64,000 nucleotides of DNA, taken from assembly GCA_003971905.1 (NCBI GenBank), contig RSEE01000001.1, positions 1,426,001-1,490,000 on the forward strand, in the 5' to 3' direction. Under the pieces are notes generated by a model that saw only the letters and a program-made list of their open reading frames with translations, was not told the DNA's origin and searched no databases. Made by a program: the position numbers and the translations under genes. Of this stretch, positions 26,105-39,085 are shown one piece after another. This stretch comes from Moniliella sp. 'wahieum'. Its lineage: Eukaryota. Each line of letters begins with the position of its first letter. Positions within the stretch are counted from its first letter, which is position 1.

Positions 26105-28657
26105 TCAGGGAGGACCAACTAAGTAGTCGCTTGGTCCGCCTAGTTGGCTGCCGCCGCGGGGCTGGGTCAACGACCAGAGTCTGCGGTTCGTCCGCCTCGG
26201 GCGCGCGCACACGCCGACGACGAGGCGAAGTCCGACGCGGGCGGCACTTGGCGCATTTTCCACGGGCTCCGACACGGGTTGCGTCGAGCCAGACCCAGAC
26301 GGCTCCGCTTCCCCGTCCTCGTCCATGCCGGGGAACATGCCAGGGAGCGTGCGCCGCTCCGGCTTCTGGTCAGGCACCGCCGTGTCCGGTTGCGTGTCCG
26401 GTGCAGGCGCAGGAGCCGCCGCTGGCTTACGCGTTTTAGCCGCCTTGGCAAACCGCCGGCCGGGACGGCCGTCTTCTTTGCTCCCGCTTCCTCCACAGCC
26501 TCACCGGGAGACGTCGAGCACCTACCCGTTTCGGGGCGCGAGAGCGTCGCGTGCGTGGCGCAGGGGCAACTTGCACCGGCTCTGAACGTCTCAGTGCCGG
26601 GGAGCTGCATCGGGCTGAGTAGGTCCGTCGTCCGTGGTGAGGGAGATGCGCGGGTGCGGGGCCGGGAGGAAAACGGGTTCGTCGTGCGAGCTCGGCTCGG
26701 GCAAAGTTGTGGGGAAGGGCGGGAAGGGCGTGTGCGGGAAGTCCTTGACCCCATGCCAAGTTCTCCCCACTTGCTTGTTGAGTCGGCCCGGACTCCACGC
26801 CGAGATCAGGCGCCAGGACCGACGCAGATCGGTCCCCTGCATGACCGGACCGGATGGAGGCGATACTCAAGGGCGGGGTCGGTGAAGGCCTCGTGCACAC
26901 TAGATCGGGGCTTCGTGCTCGTGCGCGAGAGGGAGAGGGAGAGGGACGTATTGGCGGCATCTGTCACGGGGTAGGCTCGGTCGCTTGAGGGTGGCTGCTA
27001 CACGAGACAAGTAGCCAGGAATGAACGAGTTGGAGGAATCGGCCGCGGTCAGGGAGCTGGACTGGCGCGGTGTCAAACTGGCACGCCGGCCCGGAGCAGA
27101 AAGCGGGTTGATCGCATTCAGTAGCGAACCCTGGGATCCGCATTGGCATTCGTCGACATGAGTGAAGAGCTGAGGGGCTGGGCAACGGGCAAGGACTCTT
27201 CCACGTGCGCACCCACGTCCGACCCCGCCGGAGCAACGTGCTCCCAACTCATCTGAAGTTGATCGCCCCCATGAGCAGACGCAGGCGGAGAGTTCGGCAT
27301 CGATTTTTTGCCGCTGAATTGCCGGAAGGATAGAACGCACCCCACGAATTAGGTCGCGGCGACGAGCGGCCAACGCAGCGCGCTGCGCTGCAGGCACCGC
27401 CAACGACCCTTCAAACCCGCCGAGCTTGGTATCCAGTCGGAGCGTCTCCACGTAGCGAGCGTCGGCGACGGACCGGGTCAAGAGTGTATCGCCCGAAGCT
27501 ACCCGTGCACCTCGCCAAGGCAGGAGAGGGCTTGAGGACAGCTTCCTTAAGCGCTGCTCCGCCACAGGAGAGAGGCATGCTTACAGCTCTTCTACCGCGC
27601 GCGGGCGTATAGTAGCTGTCACAACCACATTCCAGTCAGTTTTGTCTGAATTCGAGGGTCCCAAGGGGGCGGGCGCAAGACACGTACGAGTAAAGACGCT
27701 TTCCCACACAGCTCGGGCCATGGCGATCTGTAGGTTGTCGGTTGCCTCGAGGACCACCTGAGTCCCAAGCTCATGGCCCTCGCCCAGATCGAGCAGCACA
27801 TGCTCTTCAAGCTCCGTCTTAACCTTGGGAATTTGTTCAACATGTTTTGCCACACAGCCCAAGGTCCGGTGCCCGGGGTGAGCGATAGGGCTGCTGCATA
27901 AGCGACCCAGTTGGCCTGTGCGTCCTGTACACGTCCGTCTCGCCAGGCGCGAGCAGCACTGCGTGGGCTTCGTCATCCAGGCTTGGGCAAGTCCAGCGCC
28001 AACGTATCGACGAGGGAGACGAGCACGCGGGTGCGATACTCGCCCGGCCATATGCCCGCAGCGGAGCCACATCATGCGCCAAGGGGAGGCGGGGTGTAAT
28101 CGTCCGGGAGAGCACGGACAATCGCCAACATATCCCCCGAGAATTCAACTTCCTCGGGGCGCATAAATCCAACTGCACGATCCATTAAGCCTTGGTCGAG
28201 GAGAGCGTAGGCAGTGATGGCGCGTCGTAGCGGCGGAGGCAGGCCAACCAGTTGTGCGAATTGGTGGGCTGGATGCGAGGCGCGTTGAGCCTTAAGCGAA
28301 GCAATGGCGCTCTTTCCCTGGCCTAAGCCAAACGCCGAAGTAGGGGAAGGGAAGAGGGCAAAGAGGAGATAGAAAATGATGGCGTCGGTTTGTGACTTGG
28401 AAAAGGTCGTAGAACCGTCGACCAGATCAATGAGCGCATGTAGTCCAGCAGCCGAAGTGGGCGGATACAGTTCGGGAATCTGGTCCGAGTCGAGAGCAAA
28501 CCCCAAAACACGATCAAGGAAGAGACGACCGGCGAGCTGGGTGCGCTGGGCGCGCACAGCTTCGATCCACCCGGGCTGGGTGTAAGCGGGGGAGCGGTCG
28601 GAGGAGCAAAGAGGCGTAGAGGGTCCTCCCTCGCGGCAGTGGTGTCTGCATCTGCAT
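26105..28657 (-). CDS. ELYS-domain nuclear pore assembly protein (Ely5-like)
   Basis: LFLDRVL..LYPPTSAAGLHALIDLV..AIIFYLL..FAQLVGLP..YALLD matches my recollection of the fungal ELYS helical domain. It is followed by a disordered basic tail with LPGMFPG. Confidence 0.75.
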
Positions 28658-29030
28658 TACGAGCGCAAAGCCTTCGCCCGCGAGCGCACTCGGAGACAAG
28701 CTGGGCGCGCGACCATGACGGGTGATGATGTTGGAGGGTGGAGGAGGCCTGAAGCTTGAAGCGAGCTTCGGCGCGTGGTGGTCTTTGGCCAACAAGAAAA
28801 TTCCGCTGGCGGCGGAATGGATTTTGGGGGATTTGATTATTTCTGCCATCATACATCATGCATCATACATCATGCATCACATGCCCACCAACGAGGCTGC
28901 TCTCCTCTCCCCACACGGGACGGATCCACGCCAGCTCAACTGCTTCTGATGCTGGGACACGAACACCCAGTATTCCAAGTCTGTAGTCGCACTCTACCAC
29001 GGCTCAGCACTTAGTACTTACACCCACCCA

Positions 29031-29414
29031 CTACTTTGCACCACTTTTGGCAGCCTCTCTGCGGTAATGATCATGCCCTATCTCTCCTCTATACTTATCG
29101 AGGTGCTGCCGCCTTTTTTGTTGATGGCCCATTGCTTCCAAATGTAAGCCACGATGCAACAGCAGCCTCGGTTCTGAAGATTCCATGCCACCAGGCTCGG
29201 TAAAGAAGAGCGAGGCGTCTCCAAGTTCTTCTTTGCACACATCACACCCGAAAAGCTCACGGAGCACGCTCTTGTCCATTGTGGAGTGGACGAAGCGCGA
29301 GAAGCAGAGGGAGGCTTCAAAAAGTGCAGCCTGAAAGCAACCCACGGGTCTGAGAGCGTCGCATACGGCTTCAAGCTTTAAGAACTTCACCAGAGCGTCC
29401 ACTAGTGAAGTCAT
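29031..29414 (-). CDS. Possible small orphan ORF with CxxC motif
   Basis: 127-aa ORF containing CDVCKEELGD, in less GC-rich sequence between palindrome clusters. No recognisable family. Confidence 0.25.
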   Translation of the reverse strand: MTSLVDALVKFLKLEAVCDALRPVGCFQAALFEASLCFSRFVHSTMDKSVLRELFGCDVCKEELGDASLFFTEPGGMESSEPRLLLHRGLHLEAMGHQQKRRQHLDKYRGEIGHDHYRREAAKSGAK

Positions 29415-29877
29415 TAGTCACTGACTAAAGTCACTAGGAAGGTTGTGGTAGGAACTCGTATTCCAGCTTCGGTGGGAGTCGCTCGACTGCGAGGACAATC
29501 CTGGGAAGAAATATCCATCGGATTGTCCTGAGGCGCTCGCTGAGGGCGCTGAGGCTCAGCCTAAAGGGTGGCAGGCCTGCTTCGCAACGCATCTAGATCT
29601 AACATCTGACGACGAAGCTGCAGTCAGTGACGTGACGTCACGGGTGACACAGTTCAGGTGAGCGCACTGTCCCAGTGCCATTTTGGAGGACTGGCATTAG
29701 CGCCATTAGCTGGCACGGCGCCAGTAGCTCAGCACCGGCTGTGCCTACGGTGTGAGAGATGGTTGGCCAAGGCTTGGCGGGATCCATCATGCCAGCTAAT
29801 GCCAGCTAGTGCCCCAGCCTGGGTCGTCTCCTTACCCCCCCACCCCACCCCCACCTTTTGGCGCGCTTGTCACCACC

Positions 29878-30943
29878 ATGCCCACCGAGCGCACCCCGCT
29901 CGTCATTCCGCCCCGGCCACGGCCACTTCGCCGCGCAGTCCTCTCCGTGCCCAAACCTGGCCCGAGGCGCGCGCCGCACGCAGCGACAGCCTCGAAGCCG
30001 CTGCCGCCGCCGAGGCCGCTGCGTTGCAGGCCGTGCAGGGCAACTGGAACGGCCCTCACACCGCTCTGGCGTACGTGTACGCAGCTCGGCAGCGGAAACG
30101 TTTGCGCGCACGGCGAATCCAGCGCATTGCGTTGGCCTGTTTCTTCCTTGTGATGTGTGTTGTACTTGATTACTCCAGCTGGCCTCGCTCTATGGGCGCC
30201 ACTGCAGCGCCGACGTGCCTCCCGACCAACGTGGACGCTTCTGTCCCCCCGATGGGTGGAACATTTCGCAGTCTGCCCTAGCATTCGAGCCGGAGCATCG
30301 TATGTTGAAGGAATTACCGGTGGCGGAGCCGGCGCTCCCTTCCCATCTCAACTCAGCCTCCGAAAAGTAGTCAACATGTTGACGAGTGGACTAGGGGGGT
30401 CGCACGTCTATCCCCTTCCTCCTTTCACCCAGTAACCGATCTTGTGTGTTCTACGCCCATGTTCGCAGTGCTGCTACCCTTATCATCTTTGGGCCATGTG
30501 CAGCCCTTGTATTTTTTTCCTTCTTCTTGCCCATCCTCTTACCTTCATGCATATCGTGCCCCATGCAACCCCCACCATGTATGGTAGCTGTATCCATTTT
30601 CATGCTGTGTCTTCTGAGTCTGCCATATCGTAAGCTGGAAATACGTGGGTGCGAGCAAGCATTGCTCTTCCCGCCCCTCTCCCGATAGAGGTGCGAAATG
30701 ACAATGGAAGTAGCTTTGGGGTGCGGGTGCTCGTACCCACGTGGTGTAGAATTGCCTCGGCTATTCAGACAGCATATGGTTCTTCGCTATGTGGACTGGA
30801 GCCTTTCAAAAAAAGACTTGATCATGGAGTACGGATCTGCCCACAATACCGGTTTGCCAACGCCGCAGACGGGATTGAGCATTGAGCGCATTGAGCTTGA
30901 GCGCGCTGTGCCATGGACAAAGAGGAGGCCGAGAAGAGGATGA
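29878..30943 (+). CDS. Hypothetical single-pass (type II-like) membrane protein
   Basis: CACCATG start, MPTERTPLV dileucine-like N-terminus, basic RQRKRLRARR stretch, then hydrophobic IALACFFLVMCVVL. Downstream exons uncertain. Confidence 0.45.
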
Positions 30944-31718
30944 GTAGGGGGGAGGTTGCGATGCTCTTGCTCTTCGTGGGCCAGGGGATATTACGTACAG
31001 CATGGCCGGTGTGAAATTTCAGAACGGATGATCATCGACCATGGATGGCAGGGGTGGATGAAGCTGGTTTGAAGAAGACCATGCTGAGATTTTCAGCTTT
31101 AAGCTTTACGCTTGAAGCGGTTGAAATTTGGCGATGCAGGAACGGTGGAGACGGGGGGTGGGATGCGACGGTGATATGTGGCGCATTGGATGATGCACAA
31201 TGCATGATCGATGGCGATGGGCGGCGCAGGACGGCACTGCCGGCTGGAGCTGGGGCGGGGAGGGTGGCAACCCGCTGTGCAGTGCGAGTACTTGTGAGTG
31301 CAGGCTGCGATGCGCGGAGAGGAGCAAGAGTGGCGCCCTGGCTGCTGCTGACCACATGGCCAGCGGGGGAGGGGCAGCAGGCACGGGGCGACTGTGATGG
31401 ACGCCAAGTGTGTGATGCCGGCGAGGTGGGGGTGCATGCATGCTGCAGGGGGGCTGCGGGTGACGTCATGCACAGCGGTCGGCCCTGAGACCCCGCAAGC
31501 CGCAGCAGCGGAGCGTGAGCCACAGAGCGTGAGCCACAGAGCGCTCAGGCTGAGCCGCTGCGCCCCAGCGCTGAGCAGCACCAGCAGCCGCACGCCCACC
31601 AGGCCGCCGACACCAGCCGAGGCGCCGCACAGCAGCCGCAGGCCACCGCGAGCCACGGCGCAGCCACCGCAGAGCCACCGGCCCCTCCTTCTTCCTGGCC
31701 TGCCTCCACCAGCCCAAC

Positions 31719-34700
31719 ATGCGCCACCACCACTCCGTCAGCTTCTTTGCCCGCGCCAAGCCCAACGACGCGGACGAGAGCAGTGGCTCTGGCGGCAGCA
31801 CCACCCTCATCCCCCCAGCCCCACACCCGCCCCCCCCCTCCACACCCCGCCGCGCCCGCGCCCCCGCAGCATGTTCTCCCTCCCGTCCCCCCCGCCCACA
31901 GCCCCCGCCCCCGACCCCACCGCGCCCCCCCCCACCAACAGCCTCGTGCCCCGCACCGGCATCCGCGGCGCCAACGCGTCCCCCACGTCCGCTTCCCGCG
32001 CCCTCCACGCGCTGCCCATCCCTCCGACCCCCACACGCACAGCCACCATCTTAATCCCCTCCACTCCCATGCCCCCGTCTACGACCCCGCCTACGACTCT
32101 GACTATGACCATGACCATGATCCCCATCTCTCCCCCACTCCCGCCGGTCCAACCACATGTCCCTCGTCGACTTTCTCCGCACCACCGGTCCCGACGGCCC
32201 TGTCCCTCCCGCCGCCCTGTCCTCCGCCGCCCCACCCCGCCGCCCCGCGCGCCCATGCCCCCCGTCGCGCCCCGTGCACCCACCAACACGCCGCCTTTGG
32301 ACCACATCAATCCTCCCATCGTTTCCATTGCGGTGCGACCCTTGTCGGACGAGGTCACCATGTATGGCACCAGCCAAACCACCACCCATTACTCCCTCGC
32401 TGGCACCACTGTCTTGACCGTCAGCCGCGCCCGGCCTCCCGCCATGGCCTCCGCGCACCTCTCGCCTCTGGCCCATTTGCCTCAGGAGATGCATGTACGG
32501 CGCATCCAAGTCACATTTACTGGCTATTCCATTTTTCATGACCAAGCCGGCCGCTTTGCCGCGGTCAAGCTCGCTGAGGTCACCACCAACTCCTGCCTCC
32601 CGAAGGTGCCCACATCTCCCTCGCCGACCTCATTCTCCCCGGGCCAGAGCAACCCCATTCATCCACTAGCGATCGTGTCCCTCCCCCACCTCTTTCGCCC
32701 ACGCGTCTTTCCCCCACTGTCAGTCGGAAGGCTCGCTCTGCTGCTACTGCTGCCAGCACCTTTGAACCGCTCCGATTTGAGATCGAGTTCGACATCCCGT
32801 GCCAGGGTGCTTGCCCCCTTCGCTCCGCACTCCCTTTGGGGCGACGTTCTACACGCTTCAAGCCGAGGTTGATTTCGCACCTTCCCCATCCTTACACACT
32901 CCTAATCCCTCGAGCACCTTCCTCTTCCAGCTACTTCTCCCCCACAAGCTTCCGCGACTGATATCGGCAACAGCAGCTCGGGTGTGGCCACCTCGCGCGC
33001 CGATCCATCCATCGGCACAGTTGCCGTCCCCGTTGAGCCGGGCCCGCTTGCCCCGTCCCCGTCTCCTGGGCCCGATGGGCCTCACGAATCCCAGCAGCAA
33101 ACCGAGGCTAGGAATGCTGCCATCGCAGCTAGTTCGGCTGCCCTTGTGGGCGCGCCGCGCCCCGTATTTGAATTCAAAGAGACACCTCCCCCCCAGCAAA
33201 TACCTCATCTGTACCCTTGTCTTCGCCCCCACCTCCACCCAGTGGGCACGGGATGGCCGAAGCGTCTTCCTTGGCAGGCAGCACCAAGGAGAAGCGCCGA
33301 TCCCGTTGGCTTGGGAAACTGGCCTCCCCCGTACGCCCCAGCACATCGCCTGGATTTCGCTCCCCCGACGAGAGTAAAGAGCACCTTCCTCTGTCCTTTC
33401 AAAAAGGGCAAGACGGGACAAAGAGGGCGCCTTCCCCCTTGGATGTGGGCCGCGCTACTAGTTCTTCCTCCGATCCGATCGGCTTGAGCGAGCGGCAAGG
33501 CCTCCGGTTGTCCTTCGCCCGTGTCCAGTCCCGTGATGGCCGTGGTGCTGCGGAGGTGCAGAGACGTGGTGCCTGCCCCTGTGGCCCGCGTGGCGCAGGG
33601 CAACTTGATGGCATTCCCATGGATCCACCTACCGCTCCGCCGACCCTAGCTGCGCCTCAATTGGCATCACGAAATCCGATGCCGCGGATCCACGCTGGCA
33701 GCCGACTCGGCAGGACCCGGGCCACCTCCTGCGTCCGCGCCAGGCCCGCCGGCTCGGGAAGATCGAGCTGGACAAGGGGCAACGGGCGAGGCGAGCTCGT
33801 TGGCACCGCCTGCCCCGACGGACAAACCTTCGCCCCTCCCCGACTCTTCCCATGGCCAACGTCTTTCTAGTGCAGGCCGCGTCCCCGGAAGTTCTTACAC
33901 GTCGTCCGGGGAATCCGAAGGAGTGCCTATGCGTCATTTTGTCCATCGGCCCGTCCTCCAAGCTCCGCCCACACTTCTTGCCGCTGCCGAAGGCAAGTTG
34001 GCCGAAGCGCGGCGCCGGGTTGAGGAGGACAGGGCCGGGACGGGGGCAGGGGCGGGGGCCATTCCCTCCTTGGCTGATCTCGAGAAGAAGTTCTCGACCA
34101 ACCTTCCTTTCCACCTCACCCTTTCCGTCCCCGCCCACGTCCATACGCGCGGACCCAACACAGGCATGCTCACCTTCACTGTTCATCTCGACTTGTCCCA
34201 TCCGGACCAGTGGGCCTGGCGGTACATGCGCCAGCACGGTGGCCTTCGTCTGCGCACGATGGAGCTGGCCTGCTCCCAGACCGAAAAGCACTGGTGCGTC
34301 CCTAACCCCTCTCCCCTCTCCCCTCCCCTCTGCTCTCCGGCGCTACTTGTCTACCAAGGTCCCTGCCAATGGACTGAAGCAAGCCCAACTGACAAACTGT
34401 GGCCCGTGACCTGTGTCCTGTTGCCAGCACCATCCCCTCCCGCGCGTTTATCTTCAACTTCCCACTACCTCTTGGCGATCCCGTGGAGGCGGACCAGCTG
34501 CCTGTGATTGCCGACCCGAGCCATACCCCGCGCCAGCGTGCGCTGGCATCGGACGACATGTTCCTCCGACGCGGGTACGACCGCCCGCACGTAGAACGTT
34601 GTCGACAAATCCAGCTGGCGGGCTTGGGCCCCACCGCGGCCGACAAGAACGTCGAGGTGTCCAGGGTCATTGTCATTGGCCCGCCCACCACGATGGCCAG

Positions 34701-36370
34701 CAGCAAACCTGCCTCCTCGGCACCTCCAGCTCCAACTCCAACTCCAAGTGCACCTTCAGGTCCAGGTTCAGGTTCAGGTTCAGGACCAGGACCGGGGTCG
34801 AATTTGAACCCAAAGTCGAATTCGCATGCGGGCTCCACTGGCTCCGCGCCGCCCCCACCTGCTGCGGACGACTTAGCTGGACCTTCGTCCTCTCGCGGAC
34901 GGGACAGCCCACGAGCTCGAAGGCTCGGGTTGGACGGTAGTTGGGCCGCGCGCGATGTTCGTGCGGGCAGCAACGAGGCGCGACCCAGTGCGCCTTCTTC
35001 TGCCCCTGTAGGACGGACGGCGCAGGAACTAGCTCGACCCCGTACTGCCGCTGCCGCTGCCGCTGCCGCTGGGCACGCACCCTCCCAAGCCCCTTTATCG
35101 TCGTCGTCATCGTCTCCAGCTACCAAGCTCGCTGGGTTGCCCAACGCGTCACCGGGTCGGGATGCGCCCTCGGCACCGCCTCGGCGTCGTCGCTTGGCCG
35201 CCTCGGCGTGGCACCGCTTTGCTGGTCTGGCCTCGTCCGTGTTGGAAGGCGGGATGGACCCGATGGACTATGACCCGGACGACCCAGCCGAGGATGGAGC
35301 GGTCCGGACGCGATTCGCCTGTGCGGGCGGGACCTGGCGCGGGCCCTGGCGCTGCGGTGCCTTCGGGTTCCGGTACGGGTGTGGGCGCGGGGTCCGATCC
35401 GTCCGGCGCGACAGGTACCTCCTCCGCTGGGCAAGGACCGAACGGGAAAGGCAAAGCGCCTGCGACGCATGCGTCCTACAACTTTGAAGGCAACGATGGA
35501 CGTGGTTTGGACCTCACCTTGGGAGGGGTTAAGATGACGGTCAACTTACCGCTCATCACCTCGCCTGACAACCCCGACCGGTCCTTCCAAGCCGCCGCGT
35601 TGATGCCCGACTTTGAAGGCCCGTTTTACCCGCATCCGCCACCGCCTCCAACTCAAATTACGCTTTCATGCCGCCACCTCGGCCCACCGCGGCTGGTCCC
35701 AATCGTTGGTCATGGCTGTCCCCGTTCGCTTCTCCGAACCGCCTCCGGGACCGGGGACAGAATTGGATGCGCGCTTGGGCTCGGGCTCAGGCTCGGGATC
35801 GGGATTGGGCTCGGGCTCGTACTCGGGATCGGGCTTGGCTGCCTCCTTCTCTACCCTCCCCGCTCACCGAGCCTGCCCGAATCCCTCCCGGCGTATACCC
35901 AGCTGTTTCGGGAAGACGGGTCGCGCCTCGCTGACGAGGGCGAGGACCTGCCGCGGTACCCGGGCCGTCAGTCGGGCGAAACATCAGAAGACGAAGCGTC
36001 GTTGCAGATTGTTGAGCCGGTGCACCCTGTGCACCCCACCAGCCCAGCGTTGGGTTCCCATCCCCATCCCCATCCCAGTCCCAGTTCCAATCCCAGTCCC
36101 AATCACAATTCCAATCCGGATGCGGGGTCGGGGTTGGGGTTGGGTTTCACCGCGTCTGCGTCCGCGTCGGGCTCGGGCTCGGTCGCCTCGCTTGGCGCCC
36201 GCTTGGCTTCGACGTCCGCCACGTCTGCCACCCAGTCCTCGGTCCTCGTTTCGGGCGGCGCGGTGGCGGTGGAGCCTTCGGTCGGAGGCGGGGCGGTGGC
36301 GCCGCATCAGCGCGACGAACAGGTGGATGTGGATGCGGATTTGCTTGACGAGACGGATGAGCAGCTTTGA
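31719..36370 (+). CDS. Large arrestin-fold protein with C-terminal L/PPxY motifs (putative Rsp5/Nedd4 adaptor)
   Basis: Arrestin-like beta segments YSLAGTTVLTV, VRRIQVTFTGYS, FEIEFDIP..LPPSLRTPFGATFYTLQAEV and IRHRLQLKLRF..LVMAVPVRF, separated by long low-complexity inserts. LPAY at 35885 and LPRY at 35948. Confidence 0.7.
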
Positions 36371-36735
36371 TCCGGCCAGAGCTGGTGTGGGGAAAGCGGG
36401 TCTAACGCGCGAGGCATGGGGCGGAAGGCGTAATGAGGCAGGCAGCATAGGTGCATTCCCGCCTTGGGCATTCTGTCCTACGCTCTTGCCTTGGCATACG
36501 GCCTCTGATAACCTCCCCCACCGAACAACGGCTGGGCAAAAGGAGTGTGGGCGCCTCCGTGTGCTTAGCAAAGACTCGGTCTTTATGGCTCTGCCCCTCT
36601 CTCTCTCGCAGTTCGGTTGGCTGCCTTGCCGTGCTACGAATCATATCCAATGCACTGCGGTGAAGGATGTATCCCTACTGCCATCTGGACCGTCTGTCGC
36701 GACGGCTTGCGCGGCTGGGTTGGTCGTTGGTCGTT

Positions 36736-36769
36736 GATATATATATACCAGTCGTATATATACCAGTCG
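36736..36769. repeat. Short tandem duplication of TATATATACCAGTCG
   Basis: gatatatatataccagtcg followed by tatatataccagtcg in the arrestin-HMX1 intergenic region. Confidence 0.8.
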
Positions 36770-37586
36770 CACGAAGGTTATTAGACGTTAGAGGTAGTTG
36801 GGGAGGAGCTGGGACGCCGTGGGTGCTACTGTGTTGGGATGGATGATGCACGGGAAGCAAAGGTTGATCGAACGAGGCGGGATTATGCACTATGGCAGGA
36901 CGGGCGGACGGACGGCTGCACGGCCTGATGGCATCGCTGGGAGAAGAGATGGCCACATAGCAAGCAGATCTGAGCCGAGTATGCGGGGGGGTGTAATGGG
37001 GATGATGGATGGAGCGATAAGAGCAATCATTAATCAATGATCAATGATCAAAAAGATCAAACATCGATGAGATCGGGGAGGGTGTTGGGGACAGGCGGGG
37101 AAGTAGTCCCCGGTTCTGCCGTGGTCGATGGACGGGGCAGCGGATAGGGGGTGGCCGAACCCGTCCGAGCCCCTGGCGGTCCGCTGAGGCGCGGCAGGAC
37201 GTGGTTGCTGGTAATGCCCGCAACGCACAGTGGGCTAAGCCCACGCTGAGTGCCGAACCCAATCCGCACACACCTGGGCGGAGCTGGGAGATCTGGGATC
37301 TAATGTGATGTGCGGTGGATGGGCGACGCGATGACGCTTGGCGTTGGCTGGCACAGGTGGCGTGCTGCAGCGCCGCGCAGCCTCGGCCAGCCATGCAATG
37401 TGCATCCCGCTTCCCCCCGATGTATTTTAACACTGCCTACCACGCACCGCGCCAGTGTCCCGCGCGTTGGGCGTGGCTTGCACTAGGGTTCTGCTTTTTG
37501 TGCCGCCCAGGCCTCGTCCTGGCTGATATTGGCCTGGCATGTGCGCCTCCTCTACTGCCCCTCCCTCCACCATCTGTGCCCCCCCT

Positions 37587-39085
37587 ATGTCCTGTCCCTT
37601 CGCCATCCTCAAGCGTCCCTCGGGCGCATCTGCTCCCCAGAGCACCGCCCTGCCTTCTGGCCCCATCAGCGCCCCCCTCTCCCAGCATCTCCGCAAGGGC
37701 ACTGCAGCTGCCCACGCTGCGATCGAACGCAGCCCGGGCGTCAAGTTGCTCCTCGCCTCTGCCACGTCCGAGAGCAAGGCCCTGGTCAAGCGTCTGGACT
37801 ACGTCCGCTGGCTTGTCATTCTCCACGCACTCTACTCCACCATTGAGACCGCCTTGTTTGCCATTGGCACTTCGGGCCAAGCTCAAGCGCAGCGCTTGGA
37901 TCCCGTCGGCGCGTCTTTGCTCCACCCGCTGCTCCAGGCAAGTGGCGGCGAGTTGCTTCGCACCCTCTCCCGCACCCCAGCGTTGGTGTCCGACATTAAG
38001 GTTCATGCTTCTCTGACCGAAGAAGAGGAAGGTACGAGTCTGGCTGATGTGGCCGATGCGCTCGAGCTCGAGCAAGACGGCACGGCGGAATCGGAGGGGA
38101 TTCGCGTACTGGGCCCCCTGCTGAAACGCGTATGGCAACTTCAATCCCAGGTCCAGCCGGACGCACCTCAAGACCCCGCGGATCTAGATGCGCAGCTTGC
38201 CTGGCTCGCCATCCTCACCCCTGCCCAGAAGGAAGCTACGGTGGGCTATGTGGTGCACATTGCTGCCTTGGCCGCCCAAGCCGGGGTCGACTTTGGTCTG
38301 ACGGAGACCCAGCTGACCACCCTTGCCGCCTACCCCCCTTCTCCCGGACACAACTTTGGTGGTGCAGCCAAGTCGGGAGCGCTGCTGACGCATGCCTACA
38401 CGCGCTACCTTGGAGATCTGAGTGGAGGCCAATTCATTGCCAAGCATGTTGCGACCAAATGGCCTTCGCCTAGTCAAGCACAAGACCAGCCGGATGGACT
38501 TGCCTTTTACCACTTTTTGACCCATCCCGATGCGCTCGGTCAACGCCTGGCTGGGGACCCGCCTGCTCTTTGGCGCACGGACGCCGCGGCCAAAGGAAGG
38601 GCAGAACGGGCTTTGAAGGACGCGTTCCGTACCGCCTCGGACGGGGGGTTGGAGTATGCTTTGATCGTCTCCTCGGGTGTGAGCCGGGAAGAGTTGATTC
38701 GCCCGCTGGTGGACTCGGCTGCGTTGGCGTTCCTGCTGAACGGCGCGCTGTTTGATTCGTTAGCCGGCTTGGGTCCGGACCAAGGCGGGCCGGGCTCGGC
38801 GGCCGAAGCGATCGCGCGCGCCAATGCACGTCGGCCACCCGAAACGGACGTACGGGGCGAATCGGTCTTGCCGCTCGGACACCCATCCATCTCGTCCAGT
38901 GGGCTCAAGGTCGCATCCTCACGCGGTTGGTCGTCCTGCCTTTGCTCGTCGGTTTGGCTGCCGTGTCGTGGCGCGTGGGTCAGGCATGGTCCGGAATCCC
39001 GGGGACCTGGACGGGTACAGGATCCAATACTTCCGTGCCCGCCCCCCGACGCTCTGATTCGTCCGTGGTCTTGAGGACTCGCTGA
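37587..39085 (+). CDS. HMX1: Heme oxygenase-like protein (Hmx1 family), extended
   Basis: LSQHLRKGTAAAHAAIE (proximal His), LHALYSTIE, LSRTPAL..D, distal helix HAYTRYLGDLSGGQ and FYHF. C-terminal hydrophobic RLVVLPLLVGLAAVSW in a shifted frame. Confidence 0.88.

Noticed and set aside
2355..39085. Grx4 plus heme oxygenase as an iron-homeostasis cluster
   Set aside because: They are about 35 kb apart with unrelated housekeeping genes between them.
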